Source: Nitrospirota bacterium (lineage in GTDB: Bacteria > CG2-30-53-67 > CG2-30-70-394). Taken from it: a DNA stretch of 36,359 bases. The stretch spans positions 1 to 36,359 of the forward strand of contig JASFUG010000002.1 in NCBI GenBank assembly GCA_050050395.1. Direction: 5' to 3'. Made by a program: the position numbers and the translations under genes. The notes below the pieces were generated by a model. That model did no database searches. It was not told where the DNA came from and saw only the letters and a program-made list of their open reading frames with translations. Shown one piece after another: positions 6,685 through 15,732 of this stretch. How positions within the stretch are numbered: the stretch's first letter is position 1; each line of letters begins with the position of its first letter.

Positions 6685-9381
6685 CTACTCCACTTCGCCG
6701 AACGTCATGGCGAACTCTCCTGCCTCAGTCAGCTCCAGGTCCAGGCGACTCGGGAGGGGGCCGGCGCTCATGCGCTGCAACAGCTCGGTGGAGATCTGCG
6801 GCAGCAGCGTGCCTTGCAGGATGTGGTCGATGTTGCGTGCCCCGGTCTCCACCTCGGTACAGCGCGCGGCGATCTGCTCCACCACGGCGTCCGAGTAGTG
6901 GAAGGCCATGCGGTGGCTGTCGTGCAGGCGGCGCACCACCTTCTTCATCTTCAGGCGCACGATGTCACCGAGGACGTCGGGACCCAGGGGGTAGAACGGA
7001 ACGATCATCATCCGCGCGAGCAGCGCCGGCTTGAAGTGGGCGGAGAGGATCGGGCGGATGGCAGTGGCCAGCTCCTCGGGAGTGGGCCGCTCGCCGTCGG
7101 TGCATAGGGCCATGATCTCGTCGGTGGCCAGGTTGCTGGTAAGGAAGATGCAGGTGTTCTTGAAGTCGATCTCGCGCCCTTCCCCGTCGCTCAGGGTCCC
7201 CTTGTCGAAGACCTGGTAGAAGAGGTTCAGAACCTCCGGGTCTGCCTTTTCCACCTCGTCCAGCAGCACCACCGAGTACGGCCGCTGGCGGACCGCCTCG
7301 GTGAGAACGCCGCCCTCGCCGTAGCCGACGTAGCCGGGTGGTGAGCCGATCAGCTTGCTCACCGTGTGCTTCTCCTGGAACTCGCTCATGGCAATGCTGG
7401 TCATGAACTGCTCACCGCCGAATAACAGGTCGGCGACGCCGAGGGCGCACTCGGTCTTGCCCACGCCGGAGGTGCCGACGAACAGGAAGATCCCTATCGG
7501 CTTGCTGGGGTCCTGTACCCCGGCCTTGGCCGCCTTGATCCCCTGGGCGACCGCGGCCACCGCCTGATCCTGCCCTTTGATGCGCTCCTTGAGGCGGCGG
7601 TCGAAGTCGAGCACCGCCGTCGCCTCGTCCTTCACCATGTTGCCCACCGGTACCCCGGTCCAGTCGGCGACCACCTGGGAGACCGTCTCCCCCGTCACCT
7701 CGGTGGGGATCATGGGTGCCTCTCCCTGGATTTCCTTCAGGGCCGCCGCGGCGGCGGCGAGCTCGGCGCGCAGATCCTCCAGGGAGACGGCTTCGGCCGG
7801 GGTCGCCCCCGCCGCCTCGGTCCCGACTTCGCCCTCGGCAACGTCCGGGGTCTTGCCGGCCTCCGCCAGGCTCACCCGCTTGCGAAGATCGAGCAGGCGG
7901 GAGACCGCCTCCTTCTCCTTGAGCCACCGCTCGCGCAGGGCGTCGTGCTTCTCCTGCGCCTCCTCAAGGAGCCCAGTCAGCTCTTGGAGACGCTCACGGT
8001 CCACCTCAAAGCCACTCTCCGCGTCACGCTGCAGGGCCACCTGCTCGCGAGTCAGAGTCTGCACGCGCCGCTCCAGGTCCTCCAGGCTGCCGGGCTTGCT
8101 GGTGATGGCGATCTTCACCCGCGCGGCCGCCGTGTCGAGTAGGTCGACTCCCTTGTCCGGGTGCTGGCGGCCACTGATGTAGCGGCTGCCGAGGGAGGCA
8201 CAGGCGGCCACCGCCGAATCGGCGATGTGCACGCCGTGGGCCTGCTCGTAGCGCTCGCGCAGGCCGCGCAGCATGCCGGTCGCCCCGTCCGCGTCGGGCT
8301 CGTCGACCTTCACCGGCTGGAAGCGCCGAGCGAGGGCCGGGTCCTTCTCGAAGTACTTCTTGTACTCCGACCAGGTCGTCGCCGCGACGGTACGCAGCTC
8401 TCCCCGGGCGAGGGCCGGCTTGAGCAGGTTGGCCGCGTCACCGCCCCCGGCAGCACCGCCGGCGCCGATCAGGGTGTGGGCCTCGTCGATGAACAGGACA
8501 ATCGGCTTGGGGGACGATTTCACCTCGTCGATCACCCCCTTGAGGCGGTTCTCGAACTCTCCCTTCACGCTGGCACCGGCCTGGAGGAGCCCCATGTCGA
8601 GGCCGAGGAGATCGACTCCCTGGAGGATCTCCGGCACATCGTCCTCGATGATGCGCAGGGCAAGCCCTTCCACCAGGGCGGTCTTCCCGACGCCCGCCTC
8701 GCCGACGATGATCGGGTTGTTCTTGCGGCGCCGGCCGAGGATGTCGACCATCTGACGGATCTCCCGGTCGCGACCGAAGATCGGATCGATCCGCCCGGCG
8801 CGCGCCTCGGCGGTGAAGTCGATGGTGAAGCGGCCCAGGGCGGTGTCACCACGGGGCCCGGGCGCGCCTTCCGGTGCTGCGGCGGCGCGACCCGGCTCCC
8901 GTACGTCCTCCACCGAGCCGGAGACGATGGTCAGCAGGTTACGACGTAGCTCGTCCTTGCCGACCTTCTCCAGCAGGTCGAGGTAGGGGCCGTTACCGAA
9001 GCGGCGTGGGTTGGAGGCCAGGCAGGAAAAGAGGACGCCGGAGCGCACCTCGGCGAGACCCAGCTCCACCGAGCCCACCAGCCACGCCTCCTGGATCCAC
9101 TCCATGAGGGTAGGTGAAAAGACCGGCCGGCCGGTGTTGCCTGTCTTGAGGTCCTCGACCGTCTCCTGCACGGCACGCAGGAAGTCGGCCGCATCGATGT
9201 CGAAGTGCGACAGGATCTGCACCACGTCGCCATCGGCGTCCTCGGCGATCCTGAGCAGCACGTGCTCGACGGTCACCTCGTAATGACCCCGTGCCACGCA
9301 CAGGCCGGCGGCCCCCTCCATCGCCTTGGTGGTCCTGGTGTTGAGCCGCTGGAGCAACGGCTTCAGATCGACACTGATCAT
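6685..9381 (-). CDS. clpV: T6SS AAA+ ATPase ClpV (TssH)
   Basis: 898 aa with a Clp N-domain and two AAA modules carrying Walker A motifs GEAGVGKTA and [15 protein letters not shown] lies upstream of ATG 9381. Confidence 0.95.
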   Translation of the reverse strand: MISVDLKPLLQRLNTRTTKAMEGAAGLCVARGHYEVTVEHVLLRIAEDADGDVVQILSHFDIDAADFLRAVQETVEDLKTGNTGRPVFSPTLMEWIQEAWLVGSVELGLAEVRSGVLFSCLASNPRRFGNGPYLDLLEKVGKDELRRNLLTIVSGSVEDVREPGRAAAAPEGAPGPRGDTALGRFTIDFTAEARAGRIDPIFGRDREIRQMVDILGRRRKNNPIIVGEAGVGKTALVEGLALRIIEDDVPEILQGVDLLGLDMGLLQAGASVKGEFENRLKGVIDEVKSSPKPIVLFIDEAHTLIGAGGAAGGGDAANLLKPALARGELRTVAATTWSEYKKYFEKDPALARRFQPVKVDEPDADGATGMLRGLRERYEQAHGVHIADSAVAACASLGSRYISGRQHPDKGVDLLDTAAARVKIAITSKPGSLEDLERRVQTLTREQVALQRDAESGFEVDRERLQELTGLLEEAQEKHDALRERWLKEKEAVSRLLDLRKRVSLAEAGKTPDVAEGEVGTEAAGATPAEAVSLEDLRAELAAAAAALKEIQGEAPMIPTEVTGETVSQVVADWTGVPVGNMVKDEATAVLDFDRRLKERIKGQDQAVAAVAQGIKAAKAGVQDPSKPIGIFLFVGTSGVGKTECALGVADLLFGGEQFMTSIAMSEFQEKHTVSKLIGSPPGYVGYGEGGVLTEAVRQRPYSVVLLDEVEKADPEVLNLFYQVFDKGTLSDGEGREIDFKNTCIFLTSNLATDEIMALCTDGERPTPEELATAIRPILSAHFKPALLARMMIVPFYPLGPDVLGDIVRLKMKKVVRRLHDSHRMAFHYSDAVVEQIAARCTEVETGARNIDHILQGTLLPQISTELLQRMSAGPLPSRLDLELTEAGEFAMTFGEVE

Positions 9382-9485
9382 GGTCTATCCCTCCTCATGG
9401 GAGCACTACAGAAAGTCTTTTTTTGCCACAGATTACGCAGATTTCTACGACCGATTAAGGACTGCCTGGCGAGAACCTTCTGTCC

Positions 9486-9576
9486 TCACCACAGGGACAC
9501 AGAGAGCACAGAGACCCCCCAAGTCACTCGTTCCCTTTGCTCTTCCTTCTCTGTGCCCTCTGTGACTCTGTGGTGA
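9486..9576. repeat. Imperfect inverted repeat of a 28-nt CACAGAG-rich unit (arms 9486..9513 and 9549..9576, 35-nt spacer)
   Basis: The left arm is tcaccacagggacacagagagcacagag. The revcomp of the right arm is tcaccacagagtcacagagggcacagag, matching at 25/28 positions. A third copy lies at 36233..36260. The repeat sits in the relatively AT-rich tssG-clpV spacer. Confidence 0.75.
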
Positions 9577-9642
9577 AACCGCGGTCGTCGTCTAGCTCGT
9601 TCGCAATCACATCATGCGGCACCATCCGCGGCAAATCGTCGT

Positions 9643-10662
9643 TTACGCCACGCCGGCGAGACAGACCACCGGATCTTCGGCGCAGGTACCGAGCCATGTG
9701 GTCCATCCGAGGCGCGGCGCGGGGTCGGCGGCACCTAGACGCAAGGGCGGCACCTCCGCGCGGTGGAGCTGCACGTGGACGTCGCAGGCGAGAGGGTCGC
9801 GGAGGTAATAGTGAACCAGGGCGAGGCCGGCACGCAGTGCCTGGCCGCCGGGGAGCAGCGCCTCGAACAGGGTGAACGACACCGGTCCGATACGGACAGC
9901 GAACTTTCCGGCGCGATCGAAGACACGGCGGCCGGCGACCGCCGTCTCTCCGAGACGGGCGGTCGCACCGCCGAGGCGGGCCAGCTGCTCCGGCGCGATC
10001 GTCACCCAGCGCGCGACGCACTCCTCGACGAGCACCGCGACGCCTCCGAGCTCGTCGCTCAGCAGGCACTCCAGACCGCGCGCCGAGTGGCTCTCGCTGC
10101 CCAGTAGCCCGGCGTAGTGCAGGAGATGGACCGGATCCATCCCCACCGCTGCGCCGCATCCCTCCGTGGCCACGCCCACGAGGCCGAGCAACAGGGGAGA
10201 CAGATCGTCATTTCCCCCGGTGCGAAAACGCAGGGCGTACCGATACTTCAGCCACGCTCGATAGAGGAGCGACAGCAGGCGGTGGTGGAAGAGATCGAGG
10301 AACTCCCGGCGCGTGGATTCGTCGTTCTGCCACAGCACCGCCTCGGTGAAGTACGCGGGAAGCGGCGAGTCCGCCCCATAGAGGCCGAGGAACGAGGTGG
10401 TGAGCTGCATCCGTGGACCACTCGCGGCCCGGCCGCTGTCGATCTCGTGGATCTCCACCACATCGCTGGCGGGAAAGGCACAGTTCGCGGCCGGACGGAG
10501 GCGAATCGCCTCACGCTGCGCCGGTCCCGCGCCTCCGATCGGCGCGGCGTCGGGACGTGCGGCCTCCAGCAGCCGTACGGCCTGAAAGAACGGAAAACGC
10601 CGCGCCTCCGCCAGCAGGCGGCGCATCACAGGAGCGTCTGTCGTCCGAGGCGTGCCGGCCAT
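9643..10662 (-). CDS. tssG: T6SS baseplate protein TssG
   Basis: 339 aa. The N-terminus ...RRFPFFQAVRLLEA... and overall length are typical of TssG (ImpH/VasB). It overlaps the end of tssF by 37 nt. Confidence 0.9.
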   Translation of the reverse strand: MAGTPRTTDAPVMRRLLAEARRFPFFQAVRLLEAARPDAAPIGGAGPAQREAIRLRPAANCAFPASDVVEIHEIDSGRAASGPRMQLTTSFLGLYGADSPLPAYFTEAVLWQNDESTRREFLDLFHHRLLSLLYRAWLKYRYALRFRTGGNDDLSPLLLGLVGVATEGCGAAVGMDPVHLLHYAGLLGSESHSARGLECLLSDELGGVAVLVEECVARWVTIAPEQLARLGGATARLGETAVAGRRVFDRAGKFAVRIGPVSFTLFEALLPGGQALRAGLALVHYYLRDPLACDVHVQLHRAEVPPLRLGAADPAPRLGWTTWLGTCAEDPVVCLAGVA

Positions 10663-12386
10663 CGGTAGACCTCCCCTTGCCGCACCCCACGGACCGTGAG
10701 GCGGGTGAAGGCGTTGATGGTGGAGAGAGTGGCGAACAGCTCATTCAATACGGTGCCGAACAGCACCATATCCCCCTCGCCGGTGAAGCTCTCCTCGTCG
10801 AGCTCCACCGACACGTCGCTGCCGCGCACCGGCGCACCACGGAACAGCAGGTCGGCCGAGGTGACGTGCACGGCGCGGATGCCATCCAGGCGGAGCTGGT
10901 TTGCCGCCGCAGCCTGGCGGTCGACTCGCGCCTGGAAATTGTACAGGGAGAGGATTCCGCGCAGGACGTCGGCGCTCATCATCGGCAGGCGGCTCAAGGC
11001 GAGGTGCGAGATCAGGCGCCAGTGCAACCCCTCGCCCAGGGGCGGTGGCACGGCCCCGGTGACCCGCGTGATGTTCGTGAACGTCGCGTACTCGGGAGAG
11101 GTGCTGGTCGCCACGTTTATGTCGCCCACCCCGAGGCTCGACGGCAGGCGGCGATTGGTGCAGGTCATCTCGATCCCGACGGTCTCGGTGGGCGGCATGG
11201 CCGCTTCCCCGCTGCGGGAGACGAACGTGATGTAGGTCTCGGTCCCCTGGCCAACCACCGAGTCGACGAGTCGGGTGTGATAGAAAAGCGCGTCGCGCTC
11301 GCGCGCCGCCATCTCGTGGGAGAAGGCGTAGAACGGTTCGTAGCGGCGCTCCTGACTGGTCCCGACTTCCCAGCCCAGGACCCGCTCGATGGCGTAGATC
11401 TCGTAGTGCGCCGGGTCCTTGCCCTCGGGGCGGATCCGGTATGCGGTCCGGTCGTGCTCGACGCGCAGGGGGTCGGAGCGGTGCGGGAAGAGGTTCACCA
11501 CCGGCGTGCAGAACAGGCGCAGGTTGTCGGCGGTCACCCGCGGCATCTCCCCCGCGGGGCGCCGGTACGGCAGGCGCAGGACCCATTCCTCTGCCTCGCT
11601 GAGCTCACTGGTGGCAAGGTCCGTCAGCTCGACGGCGAGAAACTTCGCCGCCAGGGCGAAGTATTCCTGCACCAGGCGATAGCCGGGGAAGGCGTTGGCC
11701 GGGTACGGCAGGACCGTCTCTTCGTCGCCGAAGCCGCACGGGCGCACCGCCAGCGCCGGCAGGTCGCGGCGCTCCGTCGCCCTGCCTCCGACCCGCGCTT
11801 CCACGGTGAGCCCCGTCGCGAGGCGCGTGAACAGGAGATAGAGGCCGTACATCTGCCGCGGCTCGCCGTGCAGGAGAAACCGCAGGCGCTGCACATCCAG
11901 GCCGGCGAGGCTTACCCCTTCCAGGGGGCGGAGGGTCAAGACCAGTCGCGGACTCTCGCCCGCCGGCTCCTCGATCCGCGCCTCGCTGAGCTGAATCGGC
12001 CACATCTCCACGGCCGCCGTGGTGCGAAACCGGCACGGAGTGCCGTCCACCGGCACCGAGTGGATCTCGATGCCGCGGTCCACCACCTGGCGGTCGCGCA
12101 GGGCCGCCGGCCGCGGCTGGAACTCGACCACGGACATCGCGGGAATCGGCCGCAGGTAGTGTGGCCACAGCAGCCCCATCAGAGTGTGGGTGATCTCCGG
12201 CAGCTCGTCATCGAGCTTCTGCCGGATCCGCCCCGTGAGGAAGGCGAACCCCTCCAGGAGGCGCTCCACGTCCGGATCGGTGCCGTGGGACGCGAGCATG
12301 TGCGCCACCTGGGGGTGGGCGGCGGCGAACTCCTCACCCATCTCCCGCAGGAAGGCGAGCTCGTCCTGGTAGTACTTGTTGAACAT
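10626..12386 (-). CDS. tssF: T6SS baseplate protein TssF
   Basis: 586 aa. The N-terminus MFNKYYQDELAFLREMGEEFAAAHPQVAHMLA is the canonical TssF (ImpG/VasA) start. Confidence 0.95.
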   Translation of the reverse strand: MFNKYYQDELAFLREMGEEFAAAHPQVAHMLASHGTDPDVERLLEGFAFLTGRIRQKLDDELPEITHTLMGLLWPHYLRPIPAMSVVEFQPRPAALRDRQVVDRGIEIHSVPVDGTPCRFRTTAAVEMWPIQLSEARIEEPAGESPRLVLTLRPLEGVSLAGLDVQRLRFLLHGEPRQMYGLYLLFTRLATGLTVEARVGGRATERRDLPALAVRPCGFGDEETVLPYPANAFPGYRLVQEYFALAAKFLAVELTDLATSELSEAEEWVLRLPYRRPAGEMPRVTADNLRLFCTPVVNLFPHRSDPLRVEHDRTAYRIRPEGKDPAHYEIYAIERVLGWEVGTSQERRYEPFYAFSHEMAARERDALFYHTRLVDSVVGQGTETYITFVSRSGEAAMPPTETVGIEMTCTNRRLPSSLGVGDINVATSTSPEYATFTNITRVTGAVPPPLGEGLHWRLISHLALSRLPMMSADVLRGILSLYNFQARVDRQAAAANQLRLDGIRAVHVTSADLLFRGAPVRGSDVSVELDEESFTGEGDMVLFGTVLNELFATLSTINAFTRLTVRGVRQGEVYRWPARLGRQTLL

Positions 12387-12387
12387 G

Positions 12388-12410
12388 ATTTTTTCGCGAC
12401 GCGAAAAAAT
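12388..12410. promoter_or_regulatory. Perfect 23-nt AT-rich palindrome filling the tssE-tssF spacer
   Basis: The sequence is attttttcgcg-a-cgcgaaaaaat, with 11-nt arms and one central nt. Its last nt is the first base of the tssE stop codon complement (tta at 12410-12412). It ends 1 nt from the tssF ATG (12386). No Shine-Dalgarno sequence is visible for tssF. Confidence 0.6.
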
Positions 12411-12826
12411 TATCCCTTCACACTGATGCGGCCAGAGGGCGAGATGGTGGTCTCGAACCAGACGGCGGCCTGCTCGTCGGCGGTGACCAGCTCGCCGGTG
12501 ATCTCGAAGCGCAGGCGGAAGAAGTCGTCAGGGTCCTCCACCGGGTTTACTCGTACCCGGCGTAGGCGTGGCTCGTAGCGCTCGATCGAATGGCGGATCG
12601 CCCGCTGCATCCGCCCTACGGCCTCCGGAAAGCTGTGCACCATGTCGGTGAAGTCGGGGATGCCGTAGTCGTCCAGGGTCAGACAATTGCCCTGGCGGGT
12701 GTTGAGCATGCGCTGCAGGTGGGCGAGGACAGACTCCGCCAGGTCCTCGGTAGACTCCTCCACCCGCCGCGGCGCATTGGGCCGCGGGTCATCGAGACGG
12801 TCGAGGAGGCTCCGTTCCCGCGCCAT
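12410..12826 (-). CDS. tssE: T6SS baseplate protein TssE (gp25-like)
   Basis: 138 aa. SLLDRLDD...ESVLAHLQRMLNTRQG...YGIPDFTD... is a typical GPW/gp25 family pattern. Confidence 0.85.
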   Translation of the reverse strand: MARERSLLDRLDDPRPNAPRRVEESTEDLAESVLAHLQRMLNTRQGNCLTLDDYGIPDFTDMVHSFPEAVGRMQRAIRHSIERYEPRLRRVRVNPVEDPDDFFRLRFEITGELVTADEQAAVWFETTISPSGRISVKG

Positions 12827-12848
12827 GTCGCGCCATCGCCGGGCGAAA

Positions 12849-12876
12849 CGTGGCGGCCCGAGACCGGGCCGCCACG
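12849..12876 (-). terminator. Strong GC hairpin (12-bp perfect stem, 4-nt loop) just after hcp; possible attenuator or mRNA stabiliser
   Basis: The sequence is cgtggcggcccg-agac-cgggccgccacg. On the transcript it begins 10 nt after the hcp stop and is followed by only UUU, so it is not a full intrinsic terminator. Confidence 0.4.
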
Positions 12877-12886
12877 GCGCCCCAAA

Positions 12887-13372
12887 CTACTTCGGTGCGA
12901 TCCAGCTATCGGACGCTGAAACGCCGTCGACCTCCCACGTCCACTCGATCTCCTTGTAGGTGCAAGAGACCTCCTCCATGTGGCCGTACTGCTCGGTCTG
13001 GGTGTCGAGGGCGTTGGGCATGAAGGGGCGTATGTTAACGATGATCGCGTCCTTCAGGGTGGTGGTGAAGTAGTGCTCCTCCTGGCCCGTGGGGTCGATG
13101 CGGTACCACTTGAGCACCACCTCCTTCATGTGCTCGCCGGTGCACAGGGCCTGGTAGAGCAGGGGGCTCGCCTTGTCCTGGAACTTGACGATGGTGAACG
13201 GCTCGTGGATTCGCTTGCCCTGGGCGAGGCCGGTCTGGGGATCACGCGGGATCCGCACCTGGTGGTTGAAGGCCTCGACGAGAATCGTGTCTTCGCGACC
13301 GGCCATGTCGCAGGAGCCGGCGATCTCTCCCTGATTCTCACCTGTGAACGTGATGTGGCATGGCATTGGCAT
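12887..13372 (-). CDS. hcp: T6SS tube protein Hcp (TssD)
   Basis: 161 aa. MPMPCHITFTGENQGEI.GSC...EAFNHQVRIPRDPQTG...HEPFTIVK..DKASPLLYQAL is a typical Hcp1 family pattern. GGAGGA lies upstream of the ATG. Confidence 0.95.
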   Translation of the reverse strand: MPMPCHITFTGENQGEIAGSCDMAGREDTILVEAFNHQVRIPRDPQTGLAQGKRIHEPFTIVKFQDKASPLLYQALCTGEHMKEVVLKWYRIDPTGQEEHYFTTTLKDAIIVNIRPFMPNALDTQTEQYGHMEEVSCTYKEIEWTWEVDGVSASDSWIAPK

Positions 13373-13448
13373 GGTGTGTCCTCCTCTACGGGGGGGCTGC
13401 CCGGTTTGCCGTCCGTGGCAGCGGTTAGTGAGTGTCTACCGTCTTCTT

Positions 13449-13464
13449 AGCAGCCGCCGTGCCA
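13449..13464 (-). promoter_or_regulatory. Sigma54 (-24/-12) promoter upstream of hcp
   Basis: The minus strand reads TGGCAC-GGCGG-CTGCT, with GG and GC correctly spaced. It lies about 77 nt upstream of the hcp ATG, in a 230-nt spacer that also holds an AT-rich tract. Confidence 0.55.
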
Positions 13465-13490
13465 GCCGTGCCGAACCGCCAAGAAAACCC

Positions 13491-13503
13491 TAACTCATTG
13501 AAA
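13491..13503 (-). promoter_or_regulatory. Possible IHF site between the upstream motif and the hcp sigma54 promoter
   Basis: The minus strand reads TTTCAATGAGTTA, against the consensus WATCAANNNNTTR (one mismatch). It is preceded by the A/T-rich tract cgtttttcttttat. Confidence 0.3.
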
Positions 13504-13559
13504 TAAAAGAAAAACGAATCGTCAGCGGTTGAACGGCACCCACCCCCTCGGCCGTGCCG

Positions 13560-13570
13560 CTCCGGAATCC
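13560..13570 (-). promoter_or_regulatory. Candidate upstream activator site (GGATTCCGGAG on minus), second copy
   Basis: The same 11-mer occurs at 6632..6642. Here it lies 95 nt upstream of the -24 element of the hcp promoter. The adjacent GCCGCTCCGG is also shared with the vgrG upstream region. Confidence 0.3.
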
Positions 13571-13602
13571 GCAGGCGGGTCCTCCAGGTTTCGGAAGGGC
13601 TA

Positions 13603-15087
13603 CTACTTGTCGAGCTTGCCCACCAGCGACAGGGTGAAGAACGCCCCCATGTACTTGAAGTGGGGCCGCACCTTCATGTCGACCTTGTACCAGCCGGGAT
13701 CGCCCTCCACGTCGGAGACGATGATCTGCGCCTGGCGCAGGGGGCGCCGGCCGCGGGTACGCGGGTCGACCACGTCCTGGTCGGAGACGTATTGCCGGAT
13801 CCAGGTATTGAGCTCCTTTTCCAGGTCGCCGCGCTCCTTGAACGAGCCGAGCTGCTCCCGCTGCAGCACCTTGATGTAGTGCGCGAGGCGGTTCGTGATC
13901 ATGGTGTACGGGAGCTGGGTGCCGAGCTTGTAGTTCGCCTCCGCCTCCTTGCCCTCCTTGCTGGTGCCGAAGAACTTCGCCTTCTGGCAGGAGTTGGCGG
14001 AGAAGAAGCAGGCGTTATCGCTGCCCTTGCGCATGGCGAGGGCGATGAAGCCCTCTTCGGCCAGCTCGAACTCGCGGCGCTCGGAGATCAGCACCTCGGT
14101 GGGGATCTTGGTCTGGATCTCCCCCATCGCCTCGTACTGGTGGAGGGGCAGGTCGTCCACCGTGCCGCCGCTCTGCGGGCCGATGATGTTGGGGCACCAG
14201 CGGTACTTGGCGAAGCTGTCCGCGAGGCGGGTGGCGAACGCGAAGGAGGCATTGCCCCAGAGATAGTTCTTGTGGTCGTCGGTGACCGTCTCGTTGTAGG
14301 TGAAGGCCTTGACCGGGTTGTTCTCCTCGTCGTACGGCAGGCGCAGGAGGAAGCGCGGCAGGGTGAGGGCCATGTAGCGCGCGTCCTCCGACTCCCGGAA
14401 ACTGTTCCACTTGGCGTACTGCGGCCCCTCGAAGATCGCGTGCAGGTCCTTCAGGTTAGGCATCTTGAGGAAGTCGTCCTCACCGAAGAACTTGGGCCCC
14501 GCCGAGGCGATAAATGGCGTATGGGCCATGGCCCCCACTGCCGAGACGTTCTGCATCAGGGCGATGTCCGGAGACGAAGCACTGAACTCGTAGTTGGCGA
14601 CCATCGCCCCGAACGGCTCGCCACCGAACTGGCCGTACTCGGCGGTATAGACCTGCTTGTAGAGCCCGGACTTGGTAATCTCCGGCGCGTCCTCGAAGTC
14701 CGCCAGGAGGTCGTCCTTGGAGACGTTGAGGATCTGCATCTTGATGTTCTCGCGAAAGTTGGTGCGGTCGATCGCGAACTTCAGGCCGCGCCAGGCGCTC
14801 TCCAGCTTCTGCACGTCGGAGTGGTGGAGGATCGCATCCACCTGCGAGGAGAGCTTCTTGTCGATCTCCGCGATCATCTCGTTGACCACTGACTGATGGA
14901 CCTTCTCCCCGGCGTGCGCCGGGGTCACCAGCTCCTCGATAAACTTGCTCACCCCCTGCTTGGCAAGGGTGTATCCCTCGTCCGCGGGCGAGAGCTTGGT
15001 CTCGCTGAGGATTTGATCGAGCAGGCTGCCTTCCGCCTCTTCTGCCGCCGCGGGTGCGGCTGCGGCTTCTTTTTGTTCTTCCGCCAT
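13603..15087 (-). CDS. tssC: T6SS contractile sheath large subunit TssC (VipB)
   Basis: 494 aa with family-typical sequence throughout (…AEYGQFGGEPFGAMV.NYEF…, C-terminus FTLSLVGKLDK). AAGGAG lies upstream of ATG 15087. Confidence 0.95.
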   Translation of the reverse strand: MAEEQKEAAAAPAAAEEAEGSLLDQILSETKLSPADEGYTLAKQGVSKFIEELVTPAHAGEKVHQSVVNEMIAEIDKKLSSQVDAILHHSDVQKLESAWRGLKFAIDRTNFRENIKMQILNVSKDDLLADFEDAPEITKSGLYKQVYTAEYGQFGGEPFGAMVANYEFSASSPDIALMQNVSAVGAMAHTPFIASAGPKFFGEDDFLKMPNLKDLHAIFEGPQYAKWNSFRESEDARYMALTLPRFLLRLPYDEENNPVKAFTYNETVTDDHKNYLWGNASFAFATRLADSFAKYRWCPNIIGPQSGGTVDDLPLHQYEAMGEIQTKIPTEVLISERREFELAEEGFIALAMRKGSDNACFFSANSCQKAKFFGTSKEGKEAEANYKLGTQLPYTMITNRLAHYIKVLQREQLGSFKERGDLEKELNTWIRQYVSDQDVVDPRTRGRRPLRQAQIIVSDVEGDPGWYKVDMKVRPHFKYMGAFFTLSLVGKLDK

Positions 15088-15156
15088 AATCGGGTCTCCT
15101 TACGTCGGCGGGCATGGCGCCGCCGCGGCAATTATTGTCGTTCTCGGGGAATGGAG

Positions 15157-15660
15157 CTACGCCTTCTCCCCCCCCTCCCCCGACGGTCCCAGCTCCTTGA
15201 GGAGCTCGGCGCGCTTGGTCTCGTCGGCGAGGATACTTTCGATCTTCTTGCGGAACGCCGGCAGGTTGCCGAGTGGACCCTTCAACGCGGTGAGGGCGTT
15301 GCGCAGCTGCAGGAGCTGGTCGAGCTCCGGCACCTGACGTGCGACGCTCTCCGGGTTGAAGTCCGCCAGGGTGTCGAACTTGAGGTGCACCGCCAACTGG
15401 TCGCCCGCGACGCCGGAAAGACGATCTTCGACATTCGCGTCGAGCTCCAACTTCTGGCTGCGCATCACGTCGTTGAAATTGTCCTTGTCGACCTGGATCG
15501 CCTTGCGCTCCTCGAGGGGCGTGTCGTCGGCGCGCAGGGTGTAGTCGCCGAGCATCATGAACTTGAGGGGCAGCTCCACCTCCTCCTGGGCACCGCCGGT
15601 GGCCGGCTTGTAGGTGATGTTGACCCGCTCCTTGGGAGCGACCGAGCCTTCTTTTGCCAT
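15157..15660 (-). CDS. tssB: T6SS contractile sheath small subunit TssB (VipA)
   Basis: 167 aa. MAKEGSVAPKERVNITYKPATGGAQEEVELPLKFMMLGDYT is the canonical TssB N-terminus. AAGGAG lies upstream. Confidence 0.95.
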   Translation of the reverse strand: MAKEGSVAPKERVNITYKPATGGAQEEVELPLKFMMLGDYTLRADDTPLEERKAIQVDKDNFNDVMRSQKLELDANVEDRLSGVAGDQLAVHLKFDTLADFNPESVARQVPELDQLLQLRNALTALKGPLGNLPAFRKKIESILADETKRAELLKELGPSGEGGEKA

Positions 15661-15732
15661 GGCGTTCTCCTTTTAGGTGGCGGGAATCCGACCAGCGGCG
15701 TACCCCGCGAAACGATCCTGAGAAATGTGCAG

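Noticed and set aside
9486-9576. Possible CRISPR array
   Set aside because: There are only two units here and they are inverted rather than direct. There are no regularly spaced spacers and no cas genes in the window.
10413-12578. 721-aa plus-strand ORF
   Set aside because: It is antisense to tssG, tssF and tssE and is Arg/Gly/Pro-rich low-complexity sequence. The minus-strand genes have canonical family signatures.
13660-14892. 410-aa plus-strand ORF and the 473-aa minus-strand ORF 14480..15901
   Set aside because: They are antisense or out of frame to tssC and tssB and have a repetitive L/V/G/R/E composition. TssB and TssC are clearly the real products.
15679-15694. Sigma54-like GG-N10-GC (TGGTCG-GATTC-CCGCC) upstream of tssB
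   Set aside because: Only the GG and GC dinucleotides match. It is also so close to the tssB ATG that the transcript would lack the AAGGAG ribosome-binding site.
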